DNA of 64,000 bases, taken from contig SVBE01000001.1 in assembly GCA_015059065.1 (NCBI GenBank), positions 133,905 through 197,904 of the forward strand, in the 5' to 3' direction. The stretch comes from Erysipelotrichaceae bacterium (GTDB lineage Bacteria; Bacillota_I; Bacilli_A; RFN20; CAG-826). Below, in pieces: positions 10,005 to 19,452 of the stretch; within the stretch, counting starts at the first letter, position 1, and each line of letters begins with the position of its first letter. The position numbers and the translations under genes were made by a program. Under the pieces are notes generated by a model that saw only the letters and a list, made by a program, of their open reading frames with translations, ran no database searches and had not been told where the DNA came from.

Positions 10005-10697
10005 ATGGAATTTGCAGGATTAGATAAATTATCATTAGTGGATTTTGATAGGCATATCGCCTGTGTTTTATTTACACGTGGCTGTAATTTCGCTTGCCCG
10101 TTTTGTCATAATGGACCCCTTGTGATTCCTGGTATTGATAATCAATCTATCCCATTTAGTGAAATACTTGCTTTCTTAAGAAAAAGACAAGGTATTTTAG
10201 ATGCGGTAGTGATATCCGGTGGAGAACCAACTTTAATGCCAGATTTAAAAGAGAAGATCGAAGCGATTAAAGATTTAGGTTATCTTGTTAAACTTGATAG
10301 CAACGGCACCCATCCAGAAGTGATTAAAGATCTCGTTGAATCTCATCTCATCGATTATATCGCGATGGATGTGAAATCTTCTTTAGAAACTTATCCATTA
10401 ATCACAAATGCAAGAGTGAATACCGATAAAATTGTGGAATCGATTAATTATATTAAGTCATGTGGAATCGATTATGAATTTAGAACGACATTAATCGATG
10501 AATTTCATGATGAAGAAGATATCCGTCAAATGGCGGAACTCGTCGGAAATGCGAAGAGATTTCGTCTACAAAAATATATCGATAGAGAAGGCTGCATTGC
10601 TCATGGTTTCCATGAAGTGCCATTAGAAGTCGCGAAGAAATATATGGAGATATTAAAAAGCCACATAGAAGATGTGGCTCTTAGAAGTTACGAATAA
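10005..10697 (+). CDS. nrdG: Anaerobic ribonucleoside-triphosphate reductase activating protein (radical SAM)
   Basis: The CNFACPFCHN cluster motif and the GGEPTL SAM-binding motif are present. Confidence 0.9.
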   Translation: MEFAGLDKLSLVDFDRHIACVLFTRGCNFACPFCHNGPLVIPGIDNQSIPFSEILAFLRKRQGILDAVVISGGEPTLMPDLKEKIEAIKDLGYLVKLDSNGTHPEVIKDLVESHLIDYIAMDVKSSLETYPLITNARVNTDKIVESINYIKSCGIDYEFRTTLIDEFHDEEDIRQMAELVGNAKRFRLQKYIDREGCIAHGFHEVPLEVAKKYMEILKSHIEDVALRSYE

Positions 10698-10699
10698 TA

Positions 10700-11611
10700 T
10701 TAATCAAGTGAACGGAGGACGTTGAAGGCAGCGATTGCTCCATCATTACATGCGGTTTGGACCTGACGAAGGTCTTTTTTTGTGCAGTCTCCAATCGCAT
10801 ATAATCCTTCGGTTTTGGTTTTCATCTTGCTGTCAACAATGATGAACCCTCTTTCATTTAAATCAACGAGATTTTCAAATCTCTTATTATCAGCTTTTTG
10901 CCCAATACAGATGAAGACGCCTTTACAAGGAATAACGACTTCTTCGCCAGTTTGGGTATGTTTGAAGCGGAGTCCTTCGAGCTCATCTTTTCCTAAGAAT
11001 TCCTGCAAAGCGATTTGCTTGATGACTGTCATCTTTGGATTAGCTTCAATTCTATCAACAAGAATCTTATCCGCGAAGAATTTATCGAAGAGTAACGCCA
11101 TTGTAACGTGAGAACAGTAATTGGTGAGTAATAATGCGTACTGAGCCGCTGTATTCGCGTCCCCGATCACGACGACATCTTGCCCTTTGAAGAAGGCACC
11201 GTCACAGGTCGCACAGTAGCTAACACCTTTACCGACTAATTCTTCTTCTCTATCTACTCCGATATGGTTATGGACCACACCAGTCGCGATGATTACTGTT
11301 TTACCAAGGTGCTCGCCGTAATTGGTTTTAACTGTAAAGATATCATTATCTTTAGATATCGTTTCAACTTCTTCAAGTTCGAATTCTACCCCTAAATCAG
11401 AGATTTGATCAAAGAGGTTAGAAGAGAATTGTTCTCCGCTTATTTCTTTGATGGAAGGGATGTTTTCCACTCTTGGAGAAGTGGCGATTTGTCCGCCGAA
11501 GGCTTCTCTTTCGATGAGAAGAACAGTTTTTCCACCTCTAAGGATATTAAGGGCAGCCGTCATTCCGGCCGGACCACCCCCGATAATAATGCTATCGTAG
11601 ATATTAGGCAT
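10700..11611 (-). CDS. Thioredoxin-reductase-like flavoprotein, atypical (NADPH motifs not conserved)
   Basis: It has IIIGGGPAG (FAD) and the CATCDG redox disulfide. Where NADPH-dependent TrxB has GGGNSA and HRRDxFRA, it has IGDANTAAQ and LLFDKFFA. It overlaps the nrdD stop by 8 nt. Confidence 0.85.
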   Translation of the reverse strand: MPNIYDSIIIGGGPAGMTAALNILRGGKTVLLIEREAFGGQIATSPRVENIPSIKEISGEQFSSNLFDQISDLGVEFELEEVETISKDNDIFTVKTNYGEHLGKTVIIATGVVHNHIGVDREEELVGKGVSYCATCDGAFFKGQDVVVIGDANTAAQYALLLTNYCSHVTMALLFDKFFADKILVDRIEANPKMTVIKQIALQEFLGKDELEGLRFKHTQTGEEVVIPCKGVFICIGQKADNKRFENLVDLNERGFIIVDSKMKTKTEGLYAIGDCTKKDLRQVQTACNDGAIAAFNVLRSLD

Positions 11612-13982
11612 CAGCTTGTCCTTCTAAATATCCTTTGATTTTGCTGACGTTATCATAGACGTCATAGCCACCTTTACCGTTTGGGACAAAGAGAGTTGGG
11701 GCTTTCTTGACACCGAATTTATTAGTTAATTCGACATCTTCTTCAGCATCGATGATGTTGACTTCGACATTGTGTTTTGCAAGGAGCATTTTGGCCATCT
11801 TGCAGTTTGGACAAGTCTTAGTAGTGAATAAGACTAAGCCTTCTAATTGTTCAGTAGCGGCTTGGACATCGACTGGGACATTATTTTCCACAGCTTGTTT
11901 ATGTAAAACGGAATTTGCGATGTTATATGTTTGTCTGTTCTTGAATTCTTCAAGTTTACCAACGTTCCAGTTTTGAATTGGACGATAATAACCAGTGATA
12001 CGGGAATAGACTTCAGTGACTTCGCCACAAGTTGGGCAGCGATAGACTTCACCAGTGATGTAGCCATGGTTCTTACAAACGGAGTAAGTTGGGGACATCG
12101 TGTAATATGGGATGCGGTAGTTTTCCGCGATCTTTCTCACGAGGTTCATACAAGACTGCCAATCTGGTAATTTTTGTCCTAAGAATGTGTGGAAGACAGT
12201 ACCAGAAGTGTATAAAGTTTGTAGATTGTCTTGGACATCGAGAGCGGAGAAGATATCGTCGGTATAGCCAACTGGTAAGTGAGAGGAGTTAGTGTAATAT
12301 GGAGCCTCATCATTGTCGCTGGCAGTGATGATATCTGGGAATCTTTCTCTATCGTGTTTTGCTAAACGATAAGCAGTGGATTCTGCTGGTGTTGCTTCGA
12401 GGTTATATAAGTCACCATATTGTTCTTGGTAATCAGAGAGTTTGTTTCTCATGAAGTTGAGAACATCTATGGTGAATTTTTGTGCATCTGGATGAGTTAA
12501 ATCTTTCTTTAACCATCTCGCATTTAAGCAAGCTTCATTCATACCGACTAAACCAATAGTGGAGAAGTGGTTATTGAATGTGCCTAAATATCTCTTAGTA
12601 TATGGATATAAACCCGCTTCGAGAAGTTTAGTGATGACATCACGTTTGATCTTTAAACTTCTAGCAGAGATATCCATTAATCTTGATAATCTTGCATAGA
12701 AATCTTTTTCATCTGTCGCTAAATAGGCGATACGTGGCATGTTGATAGTGACAACACCGACGGAACCAGTAGATTCACCAGAACCGAAGAAACCACCAGA
12801 TTTCTTTCTTAATTCTCTTAAGTCAAGTCTTAAGCGGCAGCACATAGAACGGACATCGCTTGGTTCCATATCAGAATTGATATAGTTAGAGAAATATGGA
12901 GTGCCGTATTTGGCTGTCATTTCGAATAATAATTTATTATTTTCTGTTTCAGACCAGTCGAAGTCACGAGTGATGGAATAAGTTGGAATTGGGTATTGGA
13001 AACCACGGCCATTCGCATCGCCTTCAATCATGATTTCGATGAAGGCACGGTTGACCATATCCATTTCTTTCTTACAGTCTTTATATTTGAATGGCATTTC
13101 TTTACCACCGACAATGGCATTTAATTCTGCTAAGTCGTTTGGTACAGTCCAGTCTAAAGTGACGTTAGTGAATGGTGCTTGAGTACCCCATCTAGATGGT
13201 GTATTAACACCATAGATGAAGGATTGAATGCATTGTTTAACTTCTTTATAAGTTAAGTTATCAGCTTTCACGAATGGGGCTAAGTATGTATCGAAAGAGG
13301 AGAATGCTTGTGCGCCTGCCCATTCATTTTGCATGATACCAAGGAAGTTGACCATTTGGTTGCATAATGTGGATAAGTGACTTGCTGGAGCAGAAGTGAT
13401 CTTACCAACAACACCACCTAATCCTTCTTGGATTAATTGCTTGAGTGACCAACCAGCACAGTAACCTGTGAGCATGCTTAAGTCATGAATATGAATTTCG
13501 GCATTGCGGTGTGCGTCTGCGATTTCTTTATCATATACTTCACTTAACCAATAGTTGGCAGTAATTGCACCGGAGTTGCTGAGAATTAACCCACCAACAC
13601 TATAAGTGACAGTGGAATTCTCTTTGACACGCCAGTCAGCAATTTTTAAATAGTTATCAACTGTTTTCTTGTAGTCGAGTTCAGTGGAAGCCATTTCACG
13701 AAGGCTTTCATGTTGACGACGATAGAAGATGTAGGCTTTGGCAACATCAGTATAACCAGTCGCGACTAAAACATTTTCGACGGAATCTTGGATATCTTCC
13801 ACGGAAATGAGATCATCTCTAACTTTCTTGGAGAAATCAGCAGTGGTTCTTAATGCTAACTTCTCAATTATTTCATCTGTAAATACTTTGTGTTCGGCAA
13901 CGAATGCTTTAGTGATCGCGTTGCTTATCTTTGATAATTCGAATGGAACGATCGATCCATCTCTTTTTTTAACGTTGAGCAT
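11604..13982 (-). CDS. nrdD: Anaerobic (class III) ribonucleoside-triphosphate reductase with a C-terminal thioredoxin/glutaredoxin-like domain
   Basis: N-terminal ATP-cone, zinc ribbon CKNHG..CPTCG, and glycyl-radical motif SRITGYYRP. An extra domain follows: LVLFTTKTCPNCKMAKMLL. I prefer the ATG at 13982 (AGGAGG 8 nt upstream) over the track TTG at 14012. Confidence 0.95.
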   Translation of the reverse strand: MLNVKKRDGSIVPFELSKISNAITKAFVAEHKVFTDEIIEKLALRTTADFSKKVRDDLISVEDIQDSVENVLVATGYTDVAKAYIFYRRQHESLREMASTELDYKKTVDNYLKIADWRVKENSTVTYSVGGLILSNSGAITANYWLSEVYDKEIADAHRNAEIHIHDLSMLTGYCAGWSLKQLIQEGLGGVVGKITSAPASHLSTLCNQMVNFLGIMQNEWAGAQAFSSFDTYLAPFVKADNLTYKEVKQCIQSFIYGVNTPSRWGTQAPFTNVTLDWTVPNDLAELNAIVGGKEMPFKYKDCKKEMDMVNRAFIEIMIEGDANGRGFQYPIPTYSITRDFDWSETENNKLLFEMTAKYGTPYFSNYINSDMEPSDVRSMCCRLRLDLRELRKKSGGFFGSGESTGSVGVVTINMPRIAYLATDEKDFYARLSRLMDISARSLKIKRDVITKLLEAGLYPYTKRYLGTFNNHFSTIGLVGMNEACLNARWLKKDLTHPDAQKFTIDVLNFMRNKLSDYQEQYGDLYNLEATPAESTAYRLAKHDRERFPDIITASDNDEAPYYTNSSHLPVGYTDDIFSALDVQDNLQTLYTSGTVFHTFLGQKLPDWQSCMNLVRKIAENYRIPYYTMSPTYSVCKNHGYITGEVYRCPTCGEVTEVYSRITGYYRPIQNWNVGKLEEFKNRQTYNIANSVLHKQAVENNVPVDVQAATEQLEGLVLFTTKTCPNCKMAKMLLAKHNVEVNIIDAEEDVELTNKFGVKKAPTLFVPNGKGGYDVYDNVSKIKGYLEGQADA

Positions 13983-14183
13983 AAAATCTGTCCTCCTCTT
14001 ATAGACACTCAATAAACATATATTTTTTCAATGATATAAGTGTCAGCACCCACTTACATCAAGGTAGGTATATGATAAATAAAATATTGCCCTAAATCAA
14101 CTAATAAAAACATAATTTTTTCGACACTGTCTAGGGCTCAAAATCATTGGCAAAAATCGGATTAAACTACAATTTGAAATAAG

Positions 14184-14207
14184 AAAAAACCACAACGTTA
14201 ATTGTGG
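14184..14207 (-). terminator. Rho-independent terminator of mscL
   Basis: On the minus strand: CCACAA-TTAACG-TTGTGG followed by TTTTTT. Confidence 0.7.
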
Positions 14208-14216
14208 TCATTTCAC

Positions 14217-14759
14217 TTATTTTTCTTTCTTATTTTCTTTTGTCTCTTTTAGCAAATCACGGATTTCATTGAGGACATCAAGTTCTGTTGGTTTTGGTTC
14301 TTCTGGAACTGGTTCAACAGGTCTTTCTTCAGGATGCTTTTGGTAATAGGCTTCGAGAGCTTTTGCGTCGAGTTTTTCTTTCTTATCATGAATCGTGTTT
14401 ACGATTTTGATGATAGTGAATAAGACGATCGCGATTAATAAGAAGTTAATAATAGCTTCGATAAAGGCTCCCCAATCGATGTAGATACATTTCGCGTTAG
14501 CAACTTGTGCGCCATCTTGAACAACAAATTGTGGTTCACCGTTAAGAATAGTGATTAAGTTGATGCCTTTTCCACCAGTCGCTGTGTGGATGATGAGGTT
14601 GATGAGAGGCATGATAATCTTGTTAGTGAGAGCAGTGACGATCGCGGAGAAGGCACCACCAATGATCACACCAACAGCTAAGTCGATGACGTTGCCACGA
14701 GTAATGAATTTCTTAAATTCGTAAAAGAGTCCTTTCTCTTTTTTAGGTTTTCTAGCCAT
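14217..14759 (-). CDS. mscL: Large-conductance mechanosensitive channel with a long charged C-terminal tail
   Basis: FKKFITRGNVIDLAVGVIIGGAFSAIV is the MscL signature. The protein is 180 aa with a Lys/Glu/Pro-rich tail. Confidence 0.9.
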   Translation of the reverse strand: MARKPKKEKGLFYEFKKFITRGNVIDLAVGVIIGGAFSAIVTALTNKIIMPLINLIIHTATGGKGINLITILNGEPQFVVQDGAQVANAKCIYIDWGAFIEAIINFLLIAIVLFTIIKIVNTIHDKKEKLDAKALEAYYQKHPEERPVEPVPEEPKPTELDVLNEIRDLLKETKENKKEK

Positions 14760-14842
14760 TTTGTTTCCTCCTTTTTAATACATTTTATTATTGAAAGAGA
14801 TTTTTGTTAACAAAAAACATATTTATAGAATAAAATATAAGC

Positions 14843-15841
14843 ATGATTGATTTACAAGTACACTTGGATGGTTCTTTGACCAAAGAAGATATCCTCTATC
14901 TTGCAGATATGCAAAGAATCGAACTTCCTGAAAATTGGGAAGATTTATTATGCGCGAAAGATAAATGCAAAAATGTTAGAGAGTACCTCAAATATTTTGA
15001 TTTTCCTCTTTCCTTGCTTCAAAATGTCGACGCGGTTGAATACGCGATGTATTCGCTTACGACTAGACTAGCCAAACAAGGCTTATTATATGCGGAAATT
15101 AGATTTGCACCCGCCCTTCATATCAAGAATTACCTCACCCAAGAAAGAGTGATTAAAGCTGCCTTACGCGGATTATATAAAGGATTATATGAATATCCTG
15201 ATTTCGATGCGAATTTAATCCTTGTTTGTATGAGAGAATTTGGATTAGAAACCAATATGATTACTTGTAAGCACGCGATTAATTATAGTAAGGATAATAA
15301 GATTGTCGGCATCGACCTCGCTGGTAACGAAAGAGTGAAACCTTGTAAATATTTCGCTGAAGTGTTTAAACTTGCCAACAAACACGGTCTTCCATTCGTC
15401 ATCCATGCTGGGGAAACTAGAGATGCCCAAGAAGTATTAGACGCTGTTGAATTAGGAGCGAGGCGCATTTCTCATGGTTTATCTTTAGATTTAGAACCAA
15501 AAGTCAATTATTATCTATATTCGCATAATGTCACTTTTGAATTCTCACCAACACAGAATCTCGACTGTAAAATTATTCCCGATTACGAATCATTTCCTAT
15601 AAGGAAATATACGCAAGCTGGTATCAATGCCACAATTACCTCAGGGAACTTAACGATTAGTAACACTAATATCAATAAGGAATATATCCATATGATCAAA
15701 CATCTCAACTTCCGTAAAGATGAGGTCTACGATTATTTATTTAAAGCGGTACAAGCAAGTTTCCTTTCCGTCAAAGAAAAAGGACAACTCATCAATAAAT
15801 TAGTTGCCCGTTTTGAATATTTCTATAATTCTATTATTTGA
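14843..15841 (+). CDS. Adenosine-deaminase-family amidohydrolase with an atypical active site
   Basis: YAEIRFAP, GIDLAGNE, HAGE and ISHG are conserved. The N-terminal HxH reads QVH, and SxNTDDP reads TITSGNL. Confidence 0.7.
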   Translation: MIDLQVHLDGSLTKEDILYLADMQRIELPENWEDLLCAKDKCKNVREYLKYFDFPLSLLQNVDAVEYAMYSLTTRLAKQGLLYAEIRFAPALHIKNYLTQERVIKAALRGLYKGLYEYPDFDANLILVCMREFGLETNMITCKHAINYSKDNKIVGIDLAGNERVKPCKYFAEVFKLANKHGLPFVIHAGETRDAQEVLDAVELGARRISHGLSLDLEPKVNYYLYSHNVTFEFSPTQNLDCKIIPDYESFPIRKYTQAGINATITSGNLTISNTNINKEYIHMIKHLNFRKDEVYDYLFKAVQASFLSVKEKGQLINKLVARFEYFYNSII

Positions 15842-16835
15842 AATAGAAATCAAAGAACGCTTCGATGAATGGAGTGTAATATTGGCTGTGGATCTCTGAA
15901 TCCTTCCAATCTCCAGTAACCGATAATTCATATTCACCAAGAACAGTGCCAACGAGCACTTTTCTTATTAAATTGACGGTGTAATGAGTATGTTTTGCTC
16001 TTTCTTCATCATAGTAGGAAGTAGTGATTGTTCCATCTGTTATTTCATCGTTGAAATAAACTGCCATATCATATAACTCCCCATCTTTATAATATTGGAA
16101 AGTAGGGACAAAACCTGTGAGATAACCAAATGTGGTATTATATTTATTCGATAAATAGTGGTCATCTTTGAATTTTTGATATGCTTCTGGATCACCGTTT
16201 CGAATTGGGTCCATATCATAAACATAGATTTTATTTGTTGGTTCAATCCATTTTTTGATGTGCGGCATGATCACATGAGGAGTGCAGTATGAGCAATCCG
16301 GACAAGTTAAGCGCGTATAATAGATGATTCCGCCTTTATCAACGACTTCAGTTTGAATCTGTTCTTCGTTGATGAAATACATATAAGGGAGACCAATTGT
16401 TTCTTTAATGACGTTATAGAGCACTTTTTCGTCAGTGAATAAAGATGAATTATCAGCGTAGAAAGCGCGACGAATCACCTTTTTATTCGCGATGATGTAA
16501 AAAGCGGGATCGCTGCTATTTTTAATGCCGAATTCATTTAAACGGTCATCAATATTTTTATTATTTATTTTATAAGAAAGGATGTTGTTATATTTAGAAA
16601 GATAATCGAGGACGCGAGAGAAATATGTCCAGCAACCACATGTAGTATCTTCATAAGTGACGAGGAAGAAATTTTCGTTCTCTTTTTTGCTGTAGCAAGT
16701 ATCGGTATCAATCTCTACTGATGTCTCATGATAAAGGGTGCCAAAAGTCAACCTTTCACGCACAGATGGAGAGCAGCCGAGTAGAGCAGAACTCGAGAAT
16801 AATAAGACTATGGATAATAAAAAATTCTTCTTCAT
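15834..16835 (-). CDS. Lipoprotein with thioredoxin-like Cys motifs (CGC and CPDC)
   Basis: An internal start MKKNFLLSIVLLFSSSALLGCS gives a lipobox. TCGCW and LTCPDCSYC motifs are present. The track start at 16934 is probably too long. Confidence 0.55.
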   Translation of the reverse strand: MKKNFLLSIVLLFSSSALLGCSPSVRERLTFGTLYHETSVEIDTDTCYSKKENENFFLVTYEDTTCGCWTYFSRVLDYLSKYNNILSYKINNKNIDDRLNEFGIKNSSDPAFYIIANKKVIRRAFYADNSSLFTDEKVLYNVIKETIGLPYMYFINEEQIQTEVVDKGGIIYYTRLTCPDCSYCTPHVIMPHIKKWIEPTNKIYVYDMDPIRNGDPEAYQKFKDDHYLSNKYNTTFGYLTGFVPTFQYYKDGELYDMAVYFNDEITDGTITTSYYDEERAKHTHYTVNLIRKVLVGTVLGEYELSVTGDWKDSEIHSQYYTPFIEAFFDFYFK

Positions 16836-17126
16836 GCTCTCTATTCTAACAAATAATAAAAATAGTGCATTATTTTTCTTATAAAAGTCGTTAGGAAAAC
16901 CAATGTTGTTTTCATAGGGGTTTTTCACATGCATTTTTCATCATTTTTTTGCAAAAATAATTTAAGTGTTTTATTAGACTCAGTCTAGCAATTTTAAATT
17001 TGAAAAAATGGTTGGAAAAAAATATCAAAAAAAATTATTGAAATGGGGGGTAAATTTATATATATTTTTTCTCAGTTAATTTTTAACTAAAATCTACTTA
17101 TTTTTGAAAGAAAGGTTGGTGCACTA

Positions 17127-18650
17127 ATGGAAGATAAAGTCATCATCTCTCTTGAAGGGGTTAGCAAGGAGTTCGGCGGTACTACGGTTGTCGATAATTT
17201 TAATTTGACAATCAATAAGGGTGAATTCGTCACTTTTCTTGGGCCTTCAGGATGTGGTAAATCCACAACGCTTAGAATGATCGCGGGTTTAGAGACCCCA
17301 TCATCAGGTTCTATCAAATTAAATGGTGAGGATATCGTGAAGATTCCTCCTTACAAAAGACCAATTAATACGGTCTTCCAAAGATATGCCTTATTCCCAT
17401 ATCTTGACGTTTATGATAACGTCGCCTTCGGTTTGAAATTAAAGAAAGTACCAGTAACTATCACTAAGAAAAACGGCAAGACTGTGACAAAGATGAAACA
17501 TCTTTCACGTGAAGTGATCGATCAAAAAGTCTTAAAGGCTTTAAGAGTCGTGGACTTAGAGGAACTTGAAAATAGAGATATTTCTACTCTCTCCGGTGGT
17601 CAACAACAAAGAGTGGCTATCGCAAGAGCGATTGTCAACGAGCCAGAAATTCTTCTTTTAGATGAACCATTAGGCGCGCTCGACTTAAAGATGAGAAAAG
17701 ATATGCAGATCGAACTTAAAGAGATGCATAAGAAACTTGGCATTACCTTTATCTATGTTACTCACGACCAAGAAGAAGCTTTAACGATGTCTGATAAGAT
17801 CGTCGTTATGAAAGCTGGTGAGATTCAACAAATCGGTAATCCAACTGATATTTATAACGAACCACAGAATGCATTCGTCGCATCTTTCATCGGTGAATCC
17901 AACATTTATAATGCGACAATGGTTGGCAAGTTGAAGGTTAAATTCCTCAACCATGCATTCGACTGTGTTGATGATTTCCCTCTCAATGAGAAAGTGGAAG
18001 TCGTGGTCCGTCCTGAAGACGTGAAGATGAAAGTCGCTAAAGGTGATGAAGTTGATGAAATCTCTGGCAAGATTGTCTCCAAACTCTTCAAAGGTATGCA
18101 TTACCAATATGTCATTATGGTGGGTAGAAACGAAGTCATCGCCCAAAATACCAGAGAATTCAATGTTGACGATGTTGTCTCAATGACATTCCGTCCACAA
18201 GATATTCAAATCATGAAAAAGGATTTGGTGAGCAATATCTATGGCGATGCTTGGATTAATAAGAATAACGAAGTGATGATTTCTGAAGATCCATATGAAG
18301 CAAATCTCACTCAACTTTTACCGGGTTCATCTGTAGATGATGATGGTTATCTCGTCTCTAAAGAAGGCAAGAAATACGACCTCAACGATGCTGATGTCAT
18401 CGTCGAAGTGCCAATCACTGAAGTCCAAATTACTGATGGCCATGATAACGGACAATCTAATGGCGTTGTCATCTCCACAGTTTATAAGGGCGATCACTAT
18501 CAAATCATCGTGAGAACAGAAGAAGAGGAAGACTTCATCTGTGACTCCCCATATACGTTCAACGAAGGCGATTTAGTTTCCGTCTCAATCCCTCGCGAAG
18601 CGATTAAACTAACATTGAAGGGTGATATTTCCAAATATGAAATCGAATAA
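17127..18650 (+). CDS. potA: Spermidine/putrescine ABC transporter ATP-binding protein, extended form
   Basis: GPSGCGKST, LSGGQQQRVAIARA and LLLDEP are present. The protein is 507 aa, with an insert after the Q-loop and a long C-terminal extension. Confidence 0.9.
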   Translation: MEDKVIISLEGVSKEFGGTTVVDNFNLTINKGEFVTFLGPSGCGKSTTLRMIAGLETPSSGSIKLNGEDIVKIPPYKRPINTVFQRYALFPYLDVYDNVAFGLKLKKVPVTITKKNGKTVTKMKHLSREVIDQKVLKALRVVDLEELENRDISTLSGGQQQRVAIARAIVNEPEILLLDEPLGALDLKMRKDMQIELKEMHKKLGITFIYVTHDQEEALTMSDKIVVMKAGEIQQIGNPTDIYNEPQNAFVASFIGESNIYNATMVGKLKVKFLNHAFDCVDDFPLNEKVEVVVRPEDVKMKVAKGDEVDEISGKIVSKLFKGMHYQYVIMVGRNEVIAQNTREFNVDDVVSMTFRPQDIQIMKKDLVSNIYGDAWINKNNEVMISEDPYEANLTQLLPGSSVDDDGYLVSKEGKKYDLNDADVIVEVPITEVQITDGHDNGQSNGVVISTVYKGDHYQIIVRTEEEEDFICDSPYTFNEGDLVSVSIPREAIKLTLKGDISKYEIE

Positions 18651-19452
18651 GGGTAGAAGAGGCTTCTATTTTCAAAGAAAATATTTGTGTATTCCATACT
18701 CTGTTTTCCTCATCCTCTTTATCATTGTTCCGATCCTTATCATCGTGTGGTATGCCTTTACTGACACGAACGGGATGCCTTCTTGGAACGCATTAGTGGA
18801 TTTCTTCACTAGTTGGAGCAAGATCAACGTCTTAATCGTCTCTTTATTCGTCGCTCTTATGACGACATTAATCTGTTTGATTATCGGTTATCCACTCGCT
18901 TATTTCTTAGCGGACAAAAAGGTGAATAAAAATGCTGTTTTAGTCACTTTATTCATCGCGCCGATGTGGATCAACTTCGTCTTACGTACAGGTGCGACAA
19001 GAGACTTATTAACATGGATGGGAATCAATGGTGGTACACACCCATATTTAGCGACTCTTATCGGTATGGTGCAAAACTATTTACCATTTGTCATTCTTCC
19101 ACTTTATACGACATTCTTAAAACTTGATAAGAGCCAAATTGAAGCAGCGACTGATTTAGGGGCTAGACCTCATCAAGTCTTTTTCAAAAACATCTTACAA
19201 CAATCTGTCCCAGGTATCGTCAGCGCGACGATGATGACATTTATGCCAACGATGTCCAGTTATGTTATCTCTGATACTCTTTCCGAAGGAAAGATTACAT
19301 TATTCGGTAACTACATTTACCTCGACTTCACTTCTAGACTCTGGAACGATGGTTCCTTCATGGCAGTGATCATGTTACTAATCATCGGTATCTCGATGTT
19401 CTTAACGAGAAACGTCGATAAGAAAGATGCAAGAGGTGAAGGTTTATGGTAA
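18637..19452 (+). CDS. potB: Spermidine/putrescine ABC transporter permease
   Basis: A multi-TM permease with an EAAxDLGA-type loop (EAATDLGARP). The ATG at 18637 overlaps the potA end. Confidence 0.85.
   Translation: MKSNKGRRGFYFQRKYLCIPYSVFLILFIIVPILIIVWYAFTDTNGMPSWNALVDFFTSWSKINVLIVSLFVALMTTLICLIIGYPLAYFLADKKVNKNAVLVTLFIAPMWINFVLRTGATRDLLTWMGINGGTHPYLATLIGMVQNYLPFVILPLYTTFLKLDKSQIEAATDLGARPHQVFFKNILQQSVPGIVSATMMTFMPTMSSYVISDTLSEGKITLFGNYIYLDFTSRLWNDGSFMAVIMLLIIGISMFLTRNVDKKDARGEGLW

Noticed and set aside
13983-14012. The ORF-track start of nrdD at a TTG (MSVYKRRTDF..). Similar N-terminal extensions appear for greA (36060), fmt (44237), hemW (51173), the LMW phosphatase (39135), the ChrA half (36006) and the lipoprotein (16934).
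   Set aside because: Internal ATG codons with proper SD sequences give N-termini matching the families, or a signal peptide. The extensions overlap upstream genes or are spurious.
13983-14183. Possible NrdR boxes in the nrdD leader (ACACTTATATCATTGA and AAAATATATGTTTATT on the gene strand), and a GCCCTA..TAGGGC long-range inverted repeat.
   Set aside because: Each candidate matches roughly half of the 16-nt NrdR consensus as I remember it. In AT-rich DNA this is not convincing, and I cannot confirm that nrdR exists in this genome.
16974-16986. A palindrome (TAGACT-C-AGTCTA) and a possible TTGAAA-N17-TATATT promoter in the 190-nt AT-rich region upstream of potA.
   Set aside because: The palindrome is short, with no T-run and no second copy. 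Promoter-like hexamers are frequent in this AT-rich spacer, so the evidence is insufficient.
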